Positions 58,889-64,000 of a stretch of 64,000 nt of DNA are shown in pieces; positions within the stretch are counted from its first letter, which is position 1; each line of letters starts with the position of its first letter. A program made the position numbers and the translations under genes. The notes under the pieces are model-generated. The model was not told the DNA's origin. It ran no database searches and worked only from the letters and a program-made list of their open reading frames with translations. The stretch comes from the human T2T-CHM13v2.0 reference genome, Homo sapiens, in the NCBI RefSeq assembly GCF_009914755.1, contig NC_060936.1. One strand, 5' to 3'.

Positions 58889-58958
58889 CACCATTAGTTA
58901 GAGAGACCACATTATTTATTATCTGAACTGAAGCAACTCCAACAGTAAATATAGGTCT
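58889..58958 (-). pseudogene. Pseudo-exon, 70 bp
   Basis: ttattttag...gtg|gtaaat; open RPIFTVGVASVQIINNVVSLTNG; phase 0-1. Confidence 0.55.
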
Positions 58959-59195
58959 CTAAAATAATTAAACTAATATAAATATTTGAAATATTTATGT
59001 GCTAAAGTTCGGCTTTATTATACTGGTGGACCTATATATTTTCATTTAAAACTAATTTTAAAATAAAATTCTACTTAGAAAGTAAAAATAACATATAAAA
59101 ATGTACAAAAAGGGGGAAATCTACTTTATCTTGGCTATCAGAATATTAAAAAATAAAATAAGCAGTGTAAACCTTGTTGGTACATATGCATGTAC

Positions 59196-59446
59196 TTTTA
59201 ATCAGTTTCTTAGTTGTATCTATCCCAAAACCATGTCACTGGCATTTTTCCAAATACTGTATTTCAATGGTCATATATTTATTTTTTTGTAAAATTTTCT
59301 GCAGTCTTCTTCAAAACCAAATATAATGTGAATAAATTTGAAATTGTTGCTATCATCAATAGAATATTTTCTGTAATCACAATGATTTTTATTAGGAAAA
59401 TATTCTTTTTATAGGGATGGAACAACTGATAAACCCAAAGTGAATT
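59196..59446 (-). pseudogene. Pseudo-exon, 251 bp
   Basis: Phase 1-0; EFTLGLSVVPSL*KEYFPNKNHCDYRKYSIDDSNNFKFIHIIFGFEEDCRKFYKKINI*PLKYSIWKNASDMVLG*IQLRN*LK. Confidence 0.55.
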
Positions 59447-59529
59447 CTACCAAATGAAGGACATTCTTAGTTCAATATTTTGTATTTAAATGAGTAATCA
59501 CAAATATTTTGCAAGCACATCTTTTTTAC

Positions 59530-59680
59530 CTGCAGTCAGAGAATTTGTCTGAAAAATATTTTACGTAAAAAACTGATCAAGTAACTCATTGCTATTTATA
59601 ATTGTTTTAGATGTTTTGCCAAATTTAGATCTTGCAAAATTATAGGCCTTCTCAAGCTTCATTCTATTCTTGTACAGAAT
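59530..59680 (-). pseudogene. Pseudo-exon, 151 bp
   Basis: tttag...cag|gtaaaa; ILYKNRMKLEKAYNFARSKFGKTSKTIINSNELLDQFFT*NIFQTNSLTA; 82-bp upstream intron. Confidence 0.7.
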
Positions 59681-59762
59681 CTAAATTAGTCCACGAAAAT
59701 GGGAGTTCCATCAAAATCAGCTTATTCCGAAAGCAATTCTAGAACTTCAAACTAAATCTTAC

Positions 59763-59982
59763 TTGCTGTTTGAACTCCTACTATTTAAATTGTTCATTTA
59801 TTCCTTTGCTTTTATATTGAGAAATTTCCAAACAATCCTGCTTTTAAGCTTTATTTTCAATAATTCTGTTTATAAGATTTATTTTCAATTATTCTCCAAA
59901 AGATGGAGACTCTTGGCATTCCACTTGTTGAATATTTAATTCAAGATTTCTCATTGATTTTTCAGGGAAATGTAACCAAGAT
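59763..59982 (-). pseudogene. Pseudo-exon, 220 bp
   Basis: Acceptor appears mutated (ccctaa), donor gtaaga; several stops; one frameshift is needed somewhere in the 61.5-59.8 kb chain. Confidence 0.5.
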
Positions 59983-60014
59983 TTAGGGAAGTCATTATTT
60001 AAAAGTTTGCTACC

Positions 60015-60494
<480 letters not shown>

Positions 60495-61005
60495 CTAAGT
60501 GTGTACACGTTTAAAATATTCATCAAATTTTGGCAAATTAATGTGTATCGTAAAAATACCAAGTAAATTTTCACTTTGTCGTTTTCTTAATTTAGTTATA
60601 GCAGTCTTTTAATGACAATACTGTTCTCTACACAAAAAATTTTAGCTACAGTATCACTGCAATAACCATTTTAAATAGAGTTTCAAACTTATCAACTAAA
60701 TTTACAATAGCAATATAATAATGTTAAACATATAAACTATGAGAGAATCGGCTTCCAAAAGATTTACTTTGATTCCATGAAATTAAGTTTTTTAAAAGGG
60801 AATCATTATGGAAATTAACTGATTTCCTATTTTAAGCATCTAATGATGTTTATGTGAAAACTAGCATCATTTAACTGCCTGCAAAATTCCGCTAATCGCT
60901 CTGATACATTAATATCTAACATTTCATTTTTTGTACATGAAAAAAAGCTTGGGGTTAAAATTGAGCAAAATTAATTCAAAATAATAATTTTTAATCTAGA
61001 TTTAC

Positions 61006-61113
61006 CTTCTGGAGCTTCAAGTATCTAATAAAGTTTGGAACAGATGATGATTTATGTTTTTCAGGATACTTAGATTTTCAAGTTTCCACATGGTCAGAGA
61101 TATATTATGGCCT
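61006..61113 (-). pseudogene. Pseudo-exon, 108 bp
   Basis: atcacag acceptor, ag|gtaaat donor; GHNISLTMWKLENLSILKNINHHLFQTLLDT*SSR. Confidence 0.6.
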
Positions 61114-61443
61114 CTGTGATGGATGATAAATATTGTCAAATATTTATATAGCTTAAATATTCTTTATCAACTTTATTGAGAAAGAGACAGACCATAAGAT
61201 TTCATTATACATGCACTTTCTTTTTTTTAGTTTATTGCTACTGATACTGTTTATTCCAAAATAAAAATATCTCACCAAACAAAAAAATAGAGATATATAC
61301 CATATGCTTAATGACAGAGGGTTATTGAGATAAATCTGTATGCAAAGTACATGAGGACACTCCTAGCGCTTTCAATATAACTCCTTGGGTGTACCAGAGA
61401 CCTTCAAGTGGAACTTTGTAAAATTTTACATGATATTACTCAC

Positions 61444-61481
61444 AAGATCAAAGACAGATTGGCCTTTGTACTCAGTCAATG
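61444..61481 (-). pseudogene. Pseudo-exon, 38 bp
   Basis: ctcccttcctctaaccaag acceptor, gtgagt donor; H*LSTKANLSLI (frame ambiguous). Confidence 0.55.
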
Positions 61482-61762
61482 CTTGGTTAGAGGAAGGGAG
61501 AATATTACAGACATTTTTTAGTGTGTCTCTGATGCCTATCTTATCTGTCACCAGTTTAATAATGGTAAACTGTAAGAGTAAGACATGGTCAAGAACGCAA
61601 GTTTCCCAGTCCCTTTGAAAAACTCCAAATAGGTTCCATATTGAGTTTCTAATGAGTTTTTAATATGTCCAGATCAGTGATTATTCTCAGGATAAAATGA
61701 AGCTGTTCCTACCAAAGAGCTATGGCTCAGACAGTAGCAAAAGTTTAACTAATTTTATGTAC

Positions 61763-61885
61763 CTAGCACAGGGAATTCCAACTTATCTCTCCAGTGATAA
61801 AAATATTCATTTCCCTGGGACTGTTATTATAGAACTTTAAAGTCTTTGCCACATAAACAACTTTATGGTCCAGATCACTCTCAAT
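61763..61885 (-). pseudogene. Pseudo-exon (module 1)
   Basis: Pyrimidine tract with uncertain acceptor position; IESDLDHKVVYVAKTLKFYNNSPREMNIFITGEISWNSLC* then gtacat. Confidence 0.6.
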
Positions 61886-61997
61886 CCTCAGGAAAGTAGA
61901 AAGAGACAATGTCATGCTTAAATTCAAATGAGTAAAATTGTCTATCACTATTTGGCTTGTTGCCTAACAATGTCCTCATAACCATGAAATCCTTTAC

Positions 61998-62186
61998 CTC
62001 TGAGACCCATAAAATATCATCAAAATTATTACATATCACCATAAGAGGTTAAATATTTCTCTTCTAATTTTGGACTCTAAATTACTTCCATCAGACATCA
62101 AGGCATAGCAAAGTTCTTTGAAGAACTCGTGCAATATACTTAATCTTATCAACAACATATACAAATTGCTCTTCCTTCACAACCTC
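61998..62186 (-). pseudogene. Pseudo-exon (module 1, RecA2-like start)
   Basis: tttgtttag...gag|gtaaag; 189 bp, phase 0-0; EVVKEEQFVYVVDKIKYIARVLQRTLLCLDV*WK*FRVQN*KRNI*PLMVICNNFDDILWVSE. Confidence 0.7.
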
Positions 62187-63387
62187 CTAAACAAATTCTA
62201 TGTGATAAAACTCAGAGACTTTATCTTCTGAAAAAGGATAAAAAATGTCTTGGAACTACATTGGGAACAATGGTGTCAGGTACTTCTAACCACTAACACA
62301 GCAGTTTAACTCCATAGTGTAAATCCTTGGATTCATGTGCCCTTGCTAAAAATCACACAAAGTTTCAAACTTCCTTTGTACTGTACTGCCATTCCATTGA
62401 GAGATTTAACATAAGGATTCTTAAGAATGTTTCAGAAGCAGATAGTCAGAAGAAGACGTCTTCAAACCAAGAGCTTCAGATCAAGAAGACAACAGCATGA
62501 TGTAGAAAACATCCACCCCAAACCTACAGAACTAGATCTAGCTCACTGGGGCTGCAGATTGCCATGCATGCCTTTGTTTTTTGTTTTCCTAGTTGATTTC
62601 TTTCCTTTTTGCTGAGTTAAGGTTTTATATTTTAAATAAACACTTGTTATTTTTAATGTAATACTTACAAAATTTTATATATAATATGTCTTTATGCATT
62701 CTTAATTACTCTTTGGTATGGGTCCAATCCCTGGCTGCATACTTTTCATGATTTGGACAAATGTACAATCAAACTGACTGATTTGTACATATCTCTGAAT
62801 GTTAATCAGTTCTCTTAAGTATTAATGCCTAAAACACATTTGTTTTCACTAATTATTAGACTGAACCATAACATGAGTTTTATCTAGCAAATAGCATAAT
62901 AGTTCAGGTAAACAAAAATGTAAAACCATCTGTCGTACAATACCTACAAGAAGAGGTTTCTGTTTTCACGAAAATAACAGCCAAGATCCATTTGTAATAA
63001 ATAGACCTGATAATCAAACTTTTATAGGGATTAGGCTCAGATGAAAAACAGGAAATACATGTTTTATAGTTTACCTCTTACATTTACAGACCTTACAAAG
63101 AAGGCTTCCTATGTAAGTTAAAAAACTGATTTCCTATCAGATTGAATCATTAATCTATTTAATAATGTCATCACTTTATGGTCTTCTGCCTAGTACCTAA
63201 CTACTTCTGAATAGAAATGAAACCATATAATGAAATCGAGATACTCCATTAAGCTATTTCAGTCAAGATCACATCATTTAGTAGAAATCAATGACTATTA
63301 TTGAATTTGTGTGCCCCCCCACACACGAAAAAAAGGTTATTGGCTACTACCAGAAAACCTGACAAGATCTTATCTCAGGATACTTAT

Positions 63388-63466
63388 ATCTGTCTGCAGG
63401 ATAGTCTCTAAAATAACACAGTTTCCATTTTGACCCTCTAGTTCTCCTTCTTTGAAAAATAGCTTG
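63388..63466 (-). pseudogene. Pseudo-exon (module 1)
   Basis: ttttcttttcttaaag acceptor; open KLFFKEGELEGQNGNCVILETILQTD; donor ataagt (GT>AT); phase 2 to 0. Confidence 0.55.
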
Positions 63467-63738
63467 CTTTAAGAAAAGAAAAACTGGCCTCAATTAGAGG
63501 TTCAATTCCTAACTTATTCAGTGAAAAATTCTAGACAACTTTTTTCTGTCCTCAAGACTTTTTATATTATTCTTTGAAAGAGATATAGAATATAAGGAAA
63601 TTCTTATCTGTCATAGTTCAATAATTGAAAGAGAAGCTAAACAACCTCAGTAAGCGCATAGATTTGCTCTCATAAGAAGTTTATGAGATTGGAACATGTT
63701 GATTTAAAATAGAGCAGTCCTAGACAGAATATTGACAT

Positions 63739-63805
63739 GGTGGTACATGTGCTACTTCAGAGGAATAATTGAGGTGGCACATGTGCTATTTCAGAGGAAT
63801 AATTG
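63739..63805 (+). repeat. 34-bp-period tandem duplication, 2 copies
   Basis: ggtgg(t/c)acatgtgcta(c/t)ttcagaggaataattg twice. Confidence 0.9.
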
Positions 63806-63905
63806 TTATAGCATCCCTACAGATTTTTATGAGACCTTTAATACTACTAAGAAGATGACAAATAAATGAGGAAATCATGAAATTAATTAACTAATAGCCT
63901 CATAT

Positions 63906-63990
63906 TTGTTCTGCAGGCTCTTCATATTGGGGATGGAATCTGTTATCTTGGTTTAATTTAGGCACTGTTGGATTTCAGTTTAGCAGTCAG
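63906..63990 (-). pseudogene. Pseudo-exon candidate (module 1)
   Basis: tttgtag acceptor; DC*TEIQQCLN*TKITDSIPNMKSLQN; donor mutated (atatga); phase 2 end fits the next exon. Confidence 0.4.
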
Positions 63991-64000
63991 CTACAAATCT

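Overview
AT-rich hominoid (probably human) genomic DNA, judged from AluY, AluS, AluJ, L1PA2, HERVL/MLT2, THE1 and MER61. There is no intact protein-coding gene: the long ORFs in the track are L1 ORF2, Alu or HERVL fragments. Roughly 17.8-46.5 kb is a nested retroelement block: two tail-to-tail L1MA copies, two oppositely oriented HERVL proviruses, an L1PB, a THE1 LTR and a two-LTR tRNA-Pro-primed ERV1. The main result lies in the unique DNA between the repeats. It carries a chain of more than 30 minus-strand exon-like segments with AG/GT boundaries (a few mutated) and mostly phase-compatible junctions, spanning about 64.0 kb down to 3.1 kb, with many in-frame stops. Read by hand, they suggest a large unprocessed (probably unitary) pseudogene. 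Its product resembles two tandem, catalytically degenerate SecA-type DEAD/helicase modules followed by a TPR-like and an OTU-like segment. One exon appears split by the L1MA insertion. The family assignment is by eye against remembered motifs and needs profile searches. Also seen: a 100-bp, 98%-identical inverted duplication of unique DNA (4.1/6.1 kb) and a snap-back hairpin at 7.7 kb.
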